64,000 nucleotides of DNA from an uncultured delta proteobacterium (GCA_963808625.1 CAWEHK010000036.1:1-64000), one strand, 5' to 3'. Positions 44,466-54,147 are shown, numbered from the stretch's first letter. The notes: generated by a model from the letters alone, not told the origin. Translations and numbers: made by a program.

Positions 44466-45407
44466 CTAACGCACAGCCTTAATAAAACCGCTCCGAATCA
44501 ACTCGAAATGGCGGCGATGATTGCGGATTTTCCACCAGACTTCACCACGCCTCTCTATCGTCCATGCAAGACCTGGTTCGCCGGCCTCGCCTTCCAGAAT
44601 AGCCTGCACCTTGTCGAGCCCGAACCCGGCGTAGGCCCCGTAATCCTTTCCCCCCAACCAGTCTTCCTCTTCGGCACAGGCCGTTGACCAGGAAAAGGGG
44701 TCGGAAAAAAGGAGTTGGGTACCGGTGGTTAGCGCTGCCCGGCTGATTTCTTTCAGATGTAATAGCGGTTTTAACAGTTTGTCCACGAGATTGAGCGACG
44801 CCACACAGGAAAAGCGATGGCTTCGGAAAGGAAGGGCCTGGGCATCAGCGACGACAAAGTCGACCTTACTCCGATCCCAGGTTTTGGGAAGCTCGATTGA
44901 GCGGCTCTCGAAAAGGCGGCCTTCCTGCTTCAGGTCAAAATCCAAACGGCCTTCGAAAAGCAGCTTCCGGGCCAGGGCAATAAACCGCCGCGAGGAATCA
45001 AGCCCAATGGCAAAATCGCATTTTCGACTCAGCTCGAAGGCAAAGCGACCCACGGCACAACCGGTATCCAGGGCAAAACCCGCTCCTGCGTCGATCTGTG
45101 CGGCCCACTCGGGGTAGGCTCCGGTGACTTCCGGATCATCAAAAAGATCGGCGTAGTGGCTCCAGAGATACGATGAAATCACCTCGGGCCCTTCATATTT
45201 TGACTTCGTTTCCGGTGTCGGTTGTTGCGGCTGCGCATGAAGGTCGGCGATTCCTCCGGCGATCGCATAGTGTTTGCGGCATTGCGGGCATTTCAAGATC
45301 CCCCTGAGGATATCAATCCCTTCGCTTTCATGCGCATCCAAAACCAGTCCCATTTCCTCCGGGAGACACGAGGGACAGATGAGGAGATCGACAATATGAC
45401 GGTTCAT
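44466..45407 (-). CDS. SAM-dependent methyltransferase with N-terminal Trm112-like zinc domain
   Basis: LICPSC..CPQC, LDTGCAVGR, DAQALPF. Confidence 0.8.
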   Translation of the reverse strand: MNRHIVDLLICPSCLPEEMGLVLDAHESEGIDILRGILKCPQCRKHYAIAGGIADLHAQPQQPTPETKSKYEGPEVISSYLWSHYADLFDDPEVTGAYPEWAAQIDAGAGFALDTGCAVGRFAFELSRKCDFAIGLDSSRRFIALARKLLFEGRLDFDLKQEGRLFESRSIELPKTWDRSKVDFVVADAQALPFRSHRFSCVASLNLVDKLLKPLLHLKEISRAALTTGTQLLFSDPFSWSTACAEEEDWLGGKDYGAYAGFGLDKVQAILEGEAGEPGLAWTIERRGEVWWKIRNHRRHFELIRSGFIKAVR

Positions 45408-45414
45408 CAGAAGG

Positions 45415-46605
45415 TCATTCCTCCGCGCCCGAATTGTCTGCGGAAGCACGGATCCCCAACGGTTCGATCAGGCGAGACATGATCTCTGCTTTCGCCCATG
45501 CGACGGGATGATCGCGCCCGGCTTCGTGGATCGCCGCCAATTGCACGGCAGAAGCCCGCGCCTTGGCATGCCCATGTGACCGGGCCGCCTCGATGACCGA
45601 CCAGTCGCCGCTCGGTCTGAACGCGCGAAAGGCCTCGGCCATTTCCGGGAACACCGCCTGGGTGAAGGGCCTCATGAAAGAAACATAAAATCCCAGAGAG
45701 GATCGGATACGATGGCAAATGATGTGTCCCAGCAAACCCTCGGAATGCGTGTCCGCAAGGAGATCTTTGGTGACCCTCGCAAAGATTTCTATCGGACTAT
45801 TGCAGTAGGTTGAAACGATCTCATGCCACACTTGCCCGTCAAAGGCGTCCTCATGGACCTCCCCGACCTCGTGGTAAATCCACGTCTCGATCTCCTGCCC
45901 GGCCACGCGATGCAGTTCGGGTCCCAGCTCCGCCGGGCAGCGGCGCATGGCTTGAGCGTCAAGGCCATACTGATCCAGGGCATAGCTGAGGGCGTCCCTC
46001 GCTGAGGGGCGCATCTCCTGGACCTGGTCCCACAGGAAGAAAAGCATCGCCGACTGCCGCGCAAAAATCTGATTGCCTTGGCGCATGGCGGGCGTCATGT
46101 AAATATCTCTTGCCAGTTCGCGATCTACGATATCGACCAGCAGCGCTCCCCGGGTTCGCGATGCGGAAACTTCCCCGAGGAAGAATGACGGCTTCATCCC
46201 CAAGACGTAACCCGCGCCATAAACCAGCCCCAATGGTCTCAGCCTGCGGTTGATGGCGGCCATGTCGAAGGGTCCAAAACGCTCGCTGCCCAATGCGAGC
46301 GGCTCAAGGTCGTTGGCGCGGATTGCCTCCCAGCGTTGCTCGCGGTCGTCCACCCACTCCAGGAGGTCCCCCGGTTCCGGTTCTTGCCAGGGATGGAGAC
46401 CCTGTTCCCACTTAAAGAGGTCTCGCATGCGAAGCAGCAGGCCGCACAGGGAGTACAAACCGGCATAGTTGGCGTCAGAGACGTCGCAATTTGCCTGAAC
46501 CTGTTCCCGCAGTCGGAGAATGTCGATACCCACAGAGTGCTCCTTGGCAGAGACTTCCTGTGTAAAGGCTCGCACAGTCAAATGGCCCTCATCCGGACGC
46601 GTCAT
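45415..46605 (-). CDS. Conserved protein resembling the Sfum_1244 family
   Basis: VQANCDVSDA..SLCGLLLRMRDLFKWE, YGAGY..KPSFFLG, HEVGE, DLLAD (recognised from memory). Confidence 0.65.
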   Translation of the reverse strand: MTRPDEGHLTVRAFTQEVSAKEHSVGIDILRLREQVQANCDVSDANYAGLYSLCGLLLRMRDLFKWEQGLHPWQEPEPGDLLEWVDDREQRWEAIRANDLEPLALGSERFGPFDMAAINRRLRPLGLVYGAGYVLGMKPSFFLGEVSASRTRGALLVDIVDRELARDIYMTPAMRQGNQIFARQSAMLFFLWDQVQEMRPSARDALSYALDQYGLDAQAMRRCPAELGPELHRVAGQEIETWIYHEVGEVHEDAFDGQVWHEIVSTYCNSPIEIFARVTKDLLADTHSEGLLGHIICHRIRSSLGFYVSFMRPFTQAVFPEMAEAFRAFRPSGDWSVIEAARSHGHAKARASAVQLAAIHEAGRDHPVAWAKAEIMSRLIEPLGIRASADNSGAEE

Positions 46606-46664
46606 TCCGGTGAAGACCGGAATCCAGATAAATTACCTGGAAACCGGCTTACGCCGGTATGACG
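46599..46664. repeat. ATTCC/GGAAT-family palindromic element
   Basis: CGTCATTCCGG..CCGGAATCCAG ... CTGGAAACCGGC..GCCGGTATGACG. Confidence 0.65.
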
Positions 46665-46780
46665 CTCTGACCTCGGACAGTCATTTGTGCCGGGCTGTGC
46701 TAAGACGTCCAGACTGGAGATCGATGCAGAAGGATTATATCATTCTTGAAGAATGTGTTGCTGAGGATTCGTTTAGTTCG

Positions 46781-46811
46781 TTGACAATCAGAGGAAAATA
46801 TCGTTTATATA
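46781..46811 (+). promoter_or_regulatory. Putative sigma70 promoter for yajC-secDF
   Basis: TTGACA at 46781, AT-rich -10-like TTTATA/TTATAT 17-18 bp downstream. Confidence 0.4.
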
Positions 46812-46923
46812 CCCTTCAATTTGATTGGGGCGACCGCTTCCGCAGTGATCGCGCCGCGGTGGTTCGACTCAGAAGCTGATCTCGGATTGCCTGGCTTCAA
46901 TATCGCATTGGATGGAGGACATT

Positions 46924-47259
46924 ATGGATTGGGTGGGAATTGCTTATGCTATGGGGACTGCAGGCGAGGGCGGCGGCTCGGCCGGCAATCAGTTTGCTGC
47001 CTTTGTGCCGCTGATATTGATGGTGGGCATCTTCTACTTTCTCTTGATCCGGCCCCAACAGAAGAAACAGAAGGAACATCGAACGATGCTTTCCAACCTG
47101 CAGAGAGGGGATGTGGTGATCACGCAGGGGGGATTGCACGGGAAGATTACGGGTATCACCGAATCCGTGGTGACCCTGGAGATTGCCGAGAAGGTTCGGG
47201 TGAAGATAGGGCGCGGCTATATCGCCGCTTTGGTTTCAAAGGGTGAGGTCACGGAATAA
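46924..47259 (+). CDS. yajC: Preprotein translocase subunit YajC
   Basis: FYFLLIRPQQKKQKEH..GDVVITQGGLHGKI. Confidence 0.95.
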   Translation: MDWVGIAYAMGTAGEGGGSAGNQFAAFVPLILMVGIFYFLLIRPQQKKQKEHRTMLSNLQRGDVVITQGGLHGKITGITESVVTLEIAEKVRVKIGRGYIAALVSKGEVTE

Positions 47260-47395
47260 TCGCCTTGATCCCTCACCGGTCTGGATGGGATTTCCATCGT
47301 GCCGGACCTGGCGTTCTTGCGATACGAAGGATTTCTCTTTGTCCGAATGATCTGCCTCTCGGACAAGGATCTCCGAAACCTTAGGAGGATTTAAC

Positions 47396-48994
47396 TTGAA
47401 AGATTTGAAATGGCGCGGAATTTTGGTGGTGGTGATCTTCCTTGTGGGAATGGTCTACCTGACGCCTACGCTGAGTCCGTCTTTGCCTCCCTGGTGGCAA
47501 AACTTTTTGCCGAAGGAAAAAATCCACCTTGGTCTCGATCTTCAGGGAGGCATGCACCTCGTCCTCGAAGTGGAGGTGGACAAAGCCGTGGAAAACACCG
47601 CTGAGCGTCTTGCCGACGACCTCAAGGAAACCCTGCGCGCGGAACGGGTGCCATTTCTCAAGGTCGAGAAAGCCAAAGGATGGAACATTGACGTTCAGCT
47701 TGCCGGTCCTGAGGCTCAGGCCGAGCTGGCGAAAGTCGTTGAGAAAAATTTTCCGGTCCTGAAAATTGCCGGCGCCGAAACCATTCCAGATGGTGTTGCC
47801 GTGATGCTCACTTTTCAGGATGCGGAAGTTCAGCGTCTTCGCACATTGGCGGAAAACCAGGCCCTTGAAACCATTCGCAACCGCATCGATCAATTTGGTG
47901 TCAGCGAACCCGACATCCGCCAGGAGAGTGGCAATCGCATTCTGATTCAGCTCCCGGGTATTCAGGACCCGCAGCGGGCCATTGCCTTGATCGGCAAGAC
48001 GGCGCTCCTCGAGTTCAAGTTGGTGGCTGAAGATGTTAGCCCCCAGACTGCGAAAGAAGGGAAACTGCCTCCCGGCGTAAAGCTCTATCCGATGCACCAG
48101 GCCACTTCGGGGAAAACGCGGACGGGAGACAACCAGATCGCCCTCCAGGATCGGACCCTGCTTACCGGGGCGACCATCACCAATGCTGAGGTTCGCCTCG
48201 ATACGCAGTACAATACGCCCTATGTGGCAATGGATTTTGACGCGCAGGGAGCCAAGGTCTTTGAGCGGATAACCGGTGAAAACGTCAAAAAGCGTCTGGC
48301 CATTGTCTTGGATGGCGTCGTCTTTTCCGCCCCCGTCATTCAGGACAAGATTGGCGGTGGTAAAGCTACGATCACCGGCAACTTCACCGATCAGGAAGCC
48401 AAGGACCTGGCCGTCGTCCTGCGCGCCGGAGCCCTGCCGGCCCCGGTGAAGATCCTGGAACAACGGACCGTGGGGCCATCGCTCGGTAGGGAGTCCATTC
48501 AAAAGGGCATGCTCGCTTCCTTGGTGGGGGGCATTGCAATAATCATTTTCATGATTGTTTACTACCGATTTTCCGGGTTGATTGCCGACGTTGCCCTGAT
48601 TTTGAACATCATCCTGCTCCTGGCGGGGCTAGCCGCCTTCGGAGCAACCCTCACCCTGCCCGGCATCGCCGGTATCGCCCTGACCACCGCCATTGCAGTA
48701 GACGCGAATGTGCTTATCTATGAACGAATACGGGAAGAGCTGCGCCTCGGGAAGACCCCGAGGGCGGCGGTCGAGGCCGGCTACAGCAGGGCCACCATTA
48801 CGATTTTGGACTCAAACACGACAAGCCTGATCGCGGCGGCCGTGCTCTTTCAGTTCGGAACGGGACCGGTGAAGGGCTTTGCGGTCACCCTCGTGATCGG
48901 ACTCATTGCCAATCTATTCACAGCCATTGTGGTAACACGGGTGATCTTTGACTATCTCCTGGTACAGCGGCGCGTTCGCGAGTTGAGTATTTGA
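47396..48994 (+). CDS. secD: Protein translocase subunit SecD
   Basis: LGLDLQGG, RNRIDQFGVSEP, LRAGALPAP, VDANVLIYERIREE. Confidence 0.96.
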   Translation: MKDLKWRGILVVVIFLVGMVYLTPTLSPSLPPWWQNFLPKEKIHLGLDLQGGMHLVLEVEVDKAVENTAERLADDLKETLRAERVPFLKVEKAKGWNIDVQLAGPEAQAELAKVVEKNFPVLKIAGAETIPDGVAVMLTFQDAEVQRLRTLAENQALETIRNRIDQFGVSEPDIRQESGNRILIQLPGIQDPQRAIALIGKTALLEFKLVAEDVSPQTAKEGKLPPGVKLYPMHQATSGKTRTGDNQIALQDRTLLTGATITNAEVRLDTQYNTPYVAMDFDAQGAKVFERITGENVKKRLAIVLDGVVFSAPVIQDKIGGGKATITGNFTDQEAKDLAVVLRAGALPAPVKILEQRTVGPSLGRESIQKGMLASLVGGIAIIIFMIVYYRFSGLIADVALILNIILLLAGLAAFGATLTLPGIAGIALTTAIAVDANVLIYERIREELRLGKTPRAAVEAGYSRATITILDSNTTSLIAAAVLFQFGTGPVKGFAVTLVIGLIANLFTAIVVTRVIFDYLLVQRRVRELSI

Positions 48995-49080
48995 TCAGGA
49001 TAGAGTGCTAGTGACTGGTAGCTTGTGGGTTGTGTAGTGATTGGTGGGTGGTTGGTAGCGGTAAGGGTGCGAGATAGAAA

Positions 49081-49140
49081 CGAGCCAAGAGCCAACAGCA
49101 AAGAGCCAAGAGCCAAGACAAGAGCCAACACCCAAAAGCT
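49081..49140. repeat. 7-mer tract (AGCCAAG)
   Basis: gagccaagagccaacagcaaagagccaagagccaag; same family as the tracts at 20401-20450 and 37855-37898 (opposite strand). Confidence 0.8.
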
Positions 49141-49170
49141 AACTTAACGGAAGCGTGAAGGATAATCGGT

Positions 49171-50235
49171 ATGGAATTGATCAGGCCTGATGTCAATATC
49201 AACTTTGTTGGGTTTCGTTATAAGGCCTTCCTTATTTCCGGCATCATCATTCTCCTTGGGGTGGTTGCGATGATCTTGAGGGGTGGGCTGAACATGGGGG
49301 TCGATTTTGCCGGCGGAACGTTGATCCAAATTAAGTTCAACAAACCCACCACTCCTGATGATATCAGGGCTGCACTGCAGGATATTGTCAGCCAGAGCAC
49401 GATCCAGCAGGTGGGTTCTGCTGATGCGAACGAGTACCTGATCCGCACCGAATTGATAACCACTGAGATGGAAAGCCTTTTGGGACGGGTCCAGGAGCAG
49501 GTGGCGAAGGTTTATGGGGAAGGTCAGGCTACGGTGCGGCGCGTGGAAATGGTCGGCCCCAAGGTCGGTGCCGATCTCCGCCAAAAAGCACTGAAAGCGA
49601 TTTACTACGCCTTGCTCTTCATTGCCATCTATATTTCCGGGCGTTTCGAATTCAAGTGGGCGATGGGCGGAATAATGGGCGGACTCATGCTGGTGGGGGT
49701 CTATCTGCTCGAAGCGATGGGTGTGAATGTCGTTTATCTGATTTATGCCGCCTTGATCACGATGCTTCTGCTCTGCTGGTTCATGAAACTGCCCTATGCC
49801 CTCGGGGCGGTGCTTTCCCTGATGCACGATATCCTGATTACCCTGGGCTTCTTTGCTCTGACGAACAAAGAATTCACCCTGGAAGTCTTTGCTGCCTGTT
49901 TGACCCTTGCGGGTTTCTCCCTGAACGACACGATCGTGGTCTTCGACCGCATCCGGGAGAATCGGAACAAAGACCGCAAACAGCCCTTTCCTGAGATGAT
50001 CAACGGTGCCATCAATCAAACCCTCGGCCGTACCATCCTGACCAACGGCTCCGTCCTGTTTGTGTTGGCTTGCCTCTTCTTCTTTGGCGGAACGGTCATC
50101 CACGATTTCAGTTTTGCCCTGTTGATCGGAATGGTTGCCGGAACGTATTCATCCATCTTTGTGGCCAGTCCGATCCTCATTATCTATGAGGACTTGACCA
50201 AAAAGAAGCGCGTGCTGAAAAGGGCAACCGCGTAG
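49171..50235 (+). CDS. secF: Protein translocase subunit SecF
   Basis: GVDFAGG, VGPKVG, GFSLNDTIVVFDRIRE, GTYSSIFVA. Confidence 0.96.
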   Translation: MELIRPDVNINFVGFRYKAFLISGIIILLGVVAMILRGGLNMGVDFAGGTLIQIKFNKPTTPDDIRAALQDIVSQSTIQQVGSADANEYLIRTELITTEMESLLGRVQEQVAKVYGEGQATVRRVEMVGPKVGADLRQKALKAIYYALLFIAIYISGRFEFKWAMGGIMGGLMLVGVYLLEAMGVNVVYLIYAALITMLLLCWFMKLPYALGAVLSLMHDILITLGFFALTNKEFTLEVFAACLTLAGFSLNDTIVVFDRIRENRNKDRKQPFPEMINGAINQTLGRTILTNGSVLFVLACLFFFGGTVIHDFSFALLIGMVAGTYSSIFVASPILIIYEDLTKKKRVLKRATA

Positions 50236-50272
50236 TTAACCAGAGGTGAAGTTCAAAACCCTCGTCCCTGAG

Positions 50273-50370
50273 GGCATGATGGTGTTGCCTCAAGAGTCCA
50301 TTCTTGCGGGTAACAGACCGCCGGTCTTGGGTTCTTCTCCTTCGATCCTGGAGACACCGTCACCGCCGCC
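50273..50370 (+). ncRNA. Candidate structured RNA downstream of secF (family unknown)
   Basis: GGCATGATGGTGT pairs with ACACCGTCACCGCC, closing an irregular rod of about 97 nt. Confidence 0.3.
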
Positions 50371-50385
50371 TTTCTTGCACCGTTT

Positions 50386-50468
50386 CAATGCTGCCACGGT
50401 GCTTTGATGAGGGTCCAAGCCATGTGGGGCAGGCTTTCCAGCCTGCCTTTCGGCCGGTTCGGCATGGC
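50386..50468. mobile_element. Partial, diverged inverted copy of MITE type 1
   Basis: caatgctgccacggtgctttgatgagggtccaagccatgtggggcagg resembles the reverse complement of 20340-20396. Confidence 0.65.
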
Positions 50469-50882
50469 GTGGAGTCTCACCGGCGCCGACAGTTGCCGAA
50501 CGATGGCAAGCTCATCAGAGCGTTGCGGCATTCGTTGCACTTGAAGCGAGGGGAATCTTGTGCCGCCCCAGTGCCTTGGGTGATACGGCTCTCCCATTCT
50601 CCTCTTATGCCATTGTGAATCACACCCTGCGACATCTCAGCATATCCATTCCATTCCCGTACTGCTACTCCCCATGAGTAGAGGGCATGATGTTGGCAAG
50701 TTATGCTTTGGGTGCTGTTGTCCACTCATGATTTGTCTTGTCGCTCTGACGGGACATCGCACAACTCTTTCCGACGATCATAAGAAATGTGTCGGATGAG
50801 ATATCTTCTGATTGACGCCAATCTGGCACAATCGTATTCTGCTATCGGTTCCGGATTAAGGTTGGAAGATTATTATGCCGAT

Positions 50883-50983
50883 CCGCAAAAGACACCGCGA
50901 TAAGCCGCGAGGCAGAGTGCAACCAGCTAAAAACAAAGGGCTTAGCGCGCTATTGGCTACCGGTTCGATGGTATGTTATGCGG
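50883..50983 (+). other. Degenerate integron attC-like site 1
   Basis: CCGCA..ATAAGCCG ... CGGTTCGAT..GTTATGCGG dyad; R' GTTATGC at 50975. Confidence 0.45.
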
Positions 50984-51035
50984 GCAGAAATGCGAAAATT
51001 CGCATCTTATGAGGATCAGCCTAATCTCTCTTTAT

Positions 51036-51100
51036 ACTTAACGAGCGGCCAGAAAGGGGCCCCGCAAAAATTGCGGCACCCTTCAGCCGTATCGTGAGAG
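51036..51100 (+). other. Degenerate integron attC-like site 2
   Basis: R'' ACTTAAC, dyad CGGC.AGAAAGGG..CCGC/GCGG..CCCTTCAGCCG, mutated R' GTGAGAG. Confidence 0.5.
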
Positions 51101-51119
51101 CTTCCCAAAGGCTAGCTCC

Positions 51120-51611
51120 ATGGCTTTGCAGCATCCCGTTCCCAATGACCACCTCCAGCACATTGGCGATATCACGGTTTCCTTTGCAGCACTTGAAAGC
51201 GTGCTGCAAGGATTTGCCCAGTCTTTGCTTGGTGCTAGTGGGCGTTTAGGGCAGATCGTCACAGCCGAACTTTCGTTTAAGAGGCTTCGGGCGTTAACTG
51301 CGAGCTTGTACCTTGAACGACAGGGTGAAGACGAGGACTACGATGCGTTTCGCGAACTCCTCAGGAGGGCAGCCGACGTCGAACAGGTGAGAAATCAGAT
51401 TACGCATTCTACCTGGGCCGTCGGAGACGATTCGACAAGCATTACTCGCATCAAGACCACTGCGAAGGAGAGACACGGAATCCGCTTTCAGTTTGAAAAC
51501 GTTACGAGTGATCAACTCGCGGAGTTTGCGCTTAGCATCAGGGTCCTTGCTGAAGATATTTTGCGGTTCTTGATTTCGCTCCTTGGACCTGGAAAGGCAA
51601 GTAATGGTTAG
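51120..51611 (+). CDS. Gene-cassette hypothetical protein (HEPN-like RxxxxH motif)
   Basis: 163-aa ORF bounded by attC-like sites; RNQITH motif. Confidence 0.7.
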   Translation: MALQHPVPNDHLQHIGDITVSFAALESVLQGFAQSLLGASGRLGQIVTAELSFKRLRALTASLYLERQGEDEDYDAFRELLRRAADVEQVRNQITHSTWAVGDDSTSITRIKTTAKERHGIRFQFENVTSDQLAEFALSIRVLAEDILRFLISLLGPGKASNG

Positions 51612-51622
51612 CGTATTGGAAG

Positions 51623-51686
51623 CCCTAACCCTTCCAACGAACGGTCAGCCCACGACAAACAGTGGTATGCCGCTCATGTTACACAT
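51623..51686 (+). other. attC site 3, R' core split by the IIC intron (remainder TAGGC at 52047-52051)
   Basis: CCCTAACCCTTCCAACGAACGG..CCGCTCATGTTACACAT|TAGGC matches the common CTAACCCTTCCATCGA..TCATGTCAAACGTTAGGC attC type. Confidence 0.75.
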
Positions 51687-52046
51687 GTGTGCCGGGCATG
51701 GCACAGAACTAGCGAGGTGGAAGTCCTCGTGCCAGGTTTACGCTGAGCCGAAGGCTAGGAGAAGGGCAAGGGCGTCATCGAGAACTGGAGTCTGAAGGAA
51801 GTCCAATCCAACAGCACGCGGCGACTAACAGAACCCGAATATGAGGTGTGGTACGTTCGGGACCGCCGGGCACGTGACTGCGAAGTCCTGCCTTGGCGAT
51901 TGCCCTGCCCGGCAAGTGTTTTGTGTCTATAGGTCTACCGCAACTGTTTGAGAAACCGACTTCATCTGCTGAACCCCCTTGGTACGTGATCTGTATGCCG
52001 GGTGGTGTGGGAGGAGGGAAGACGTGAGGCGGCTCCCTATCCCGAT
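51687..52046 (+). mobile_element. Internally deleted group IIC intron (360 nt)
   Basis: 5' GTGTGCCGGGCATGG; IIC DI motifs (GCAAGGGCGTC..GTCTGAAGGAAG); IEP tail LAIALPGKCFVSIGLPQL; DV/DVI ending CCTATCCCGAT. Confidence 0.85.
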
Positions 52047-52083
52047 TAGGCTGGAACCAATCGACAAAGAAGGAGGAAGCATC

Positions 52084-53007
52084 ATGAACCAATCAGCGCC
52101 CACACGCGACCATGAGTGGATGGATTACTATAAGCATTTTCGCTATCTCTCATCGGAGGCTGTTCGGGATGGTTGTTATCCAAGAATCATGGAACATGAG
52201 GAACCAGCGAAGAAGTCGATCGTGCTGGTGCACGGTCTTACCGATTCGCCATATTTCATGACTGCAATCGGGGACTATTTTTTTGAAACCCTAGGATATG
52301 ATGTCTATTTGCCTTTACTCCAATGTCATGGGCTAAAGGAACCGAGGGGCATGGAAGGGGTAAGTCTGGATGAGTGGAAGGCCAACGTGAGCTTTGCGGT
52401 AGAGACAGCCAAGTCAAAAGGCAAGCAGGTCGCTATTGGTGGATTGTCCACCGGTGGAACACTGAGCTTCTTCACTGCAGTGAAGAGCCCAGACATCACT
52501 GGCACCCTGTATCTATTCTCCGCGGCACTCGATCTCGCAGGTGGCATTGGTGGCATTGTGGGTGACCTGGAGGAACGCTTACTGCGCACCTTTCTGGTCG
52601 ATATCTTGGACTTATTGGGCAACGACAAGCCCCTAATCGGCAACAATCCCTACCGCTACGTCCGCATGGACATGGACGGTGCGCGGGAATTGTCCAAGCT
52701 GATCCAAGAAACTGACGCTCTCATCAAAGGGTTCAATGCGAAAGAACCCCTTTCAATACGTATCTTTGCTGCGCATTCCGAGAGTGATTCGACTGCAAAC
52801 ATTGCGGGCATCGAAGAACTAGAGAAGGTATCGGCCCCCGGCCGGTTCACGTTTTTTCGTATCCCCCAAAAGGCAACGGTGTCTCACGCAAGCGTGGTTC
52901 TTAGGGGTCATATCTATGCTACCGATGCTTCCGATGTTGATTTCCCTCTGGAATACGCCAACCCACTGTTTCTAAATATGATGAAGGCTATTGCTGCCAT
53001 TGAGTAG
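52084..53007 (+). CDS. Alpha/beta hydrolase (carboxylesterase-like), cassette-borne
   Basis: LVHGLTDSP, GGLSTGG nucleophile elbow, D and H catalytic candidates; RBS AAGGAGG. Confidence 0.85.
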   Translation: MNQSAPTRDHEWMDYYKHFRYLSSEAVRDGCYPRIMEHEEPAKKSIVLVHGLTDSPYFMTAIGDYFFETLGYDVYLPLLQCHGLKEPRGMEGVSLDEWKANVSFAVETAKSKGKQVAIGGLSTGGTLSFFTAVKSPDITGTLYLFSAALDLAGGIGGIVGDLEERLLRTFLVDILDLLGNDKPLIGNNPYRYVRMDMDGARELSKLIQETDALIKGFNAKEPLSIRIFAAHSESDSTANIAGIEELEKVSAPGRFTFFRIPQKATVSHASVVLRGHIYATDASDVDFPLEYANPLFLNMMKAIAAIE

Positions 53008-53068
53008 GTTCGCATGACAGTAATTTGTCAACCCACGGGTCACCGCAGAAAAGGGACCGCAGAGCATG

Positions 53069-53263
53069 CTAAGTAGAGCGCCACAAAAAAGAATGTCCAT
53101 TATGCCGCCTCCTTGAGGGGGTCGGGTAAGCCATGATTTTGGCTACGGACTTGCTGGTCCATTTGAGCGGATACGCGTTTTGGTTCCACGGCTCGATATA
53201 CTCGTAGAGCTTGGTACGCAAATGATCAATTGCTATGATGCTATAGGCGCTGACATTCAACAT
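53069..53263 (-). mobile_element. IS630-family transposase C-terminal remnant with element end
   Basis: LRTKLYEYIEPWNQNAYPLKWTSKSVAKIM resembles IS630 C-termini; ends ...CTCTACTTAG. Confidence 0.6.
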
Positions 53264-53331
53264 TTGAAGATTATATGGAAAACGTTAAGGAATTTAAGGT
53301 ATTGGCAAGCTATGGTGAAAATGCTACTCCT

Positions 53332-53418
53332 ATGCATCTGTTTGAGGTAGGTTAAGATTTGAGAACGGTCCACGCACTGCTAGGCGATAGCGACGTCAAG
53401 ATAACGATGATTCATTAG
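53332..53418 (+). pseudogene. Integron-integrase/tyrosine recombinase C-terminal relic
   Basis: Translates HLFEVG*DLRTVHALLGDSDVKITMIH vs IntI-type HLLExGYDIRTVQELLGHSDVxTTMIY. Confidence 0.7.
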
Positions 53419-53430
53419 AAAAGAAAAATC

Positions 53431-54147
53431 ATGAAAAAAGCAATCATCATTGGCGCCAGTTCCGGGATAGGACGCGAATTGGCCAGAATTTTATCAAGGA
53501 ATCAGTACGTTGTTGGAGTCATGGCACGGCGAGTTCAGCTATTGGATGAAATGTGTGATGAAGTAGAAGGATCATTATTTGTTCAAGAAATCGATGTAGC
53601 GAACGTTGAATCGGCAATGGACACTCTGGCAAAATTCATAAAAGAAATGGGTGGTGTAGATCTTATCGTGATCAGTGCCGGCACAGGGGACATCAATAAT
53701 AACCTCAGTTGGGACTTGGAAAACAAGGCCATCAAGACCAATGTTAGTGGGTTTGCCGCTCTTGTTAATGTTGCCATGCACCATTTCACGGAAAAGGGTT
53801 CCGGGCACCTTGTAGGTATCTCGTCAATCGCAGCGTTGCGTGGCGGCAGAGAATCTCCCGCCTATAACGCATCAAAGGCTTTTGAATCCAATTATCTGGA
53901 AGGGCTTCGCCAGAAGGTTAGGAAATCTGGATTGCCAATCACAATCACTGACATAAAACCAGGGTTTGTTAATACGGCAATGGCCAAAGGAGATGGCATC
54001 TTCTGGGCTGCCGAGCCTGGAAAAGCCGCAAGGCAGATATACCATGTCATCAAACGAAGAAAGTCCAGTGCCTATATTACACGGCGATGGGTACTGATAG
54101 CGTGGCTAATAAAGTTGCTGCCTGGATTCATTTATGAAAGGCTATAA
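53431..54147 (+). CDS. SDR family oxidoreductase, cassette-borne
   Basis: IIGASSGIG, YNASK, PGFVNT; AT-rich; followed by attC. Confidence 0.92.
   Translation: MKKAIIIGASSGIGRELARILSRNQYVVGVMARRVQLLDEMCDEVEGSLFVQEIDVANVESAMDTLAKFIKEMGGVDLIVISAGTGDINNNLSWDLENKAIKTNVSGFAALVNVAMHHFTEKGSGHLVGISSIAALRGGRESPAYNASKAFESNYLEGLRQKVRKSGLPITITDIKPGFVNTAMAKGDGIFWAAEPGKAARQIYHVIKRRKSSAYITRRWVLIAWLIKLLPGFIYERL

Noticed and set aside
46827..46880. GGTTCGACTC T-loop-like sequence upstream of yajC
   Set aside because: No cloverleaf, acceptor stem or anticodon arm can be built
50621..50635. HTLRH peptide on the + strand, a tyrosine-recombinase-like motif near the array
   Set aside because: Flanking residues do not resemble an integrase; a 5-residue match can be chance
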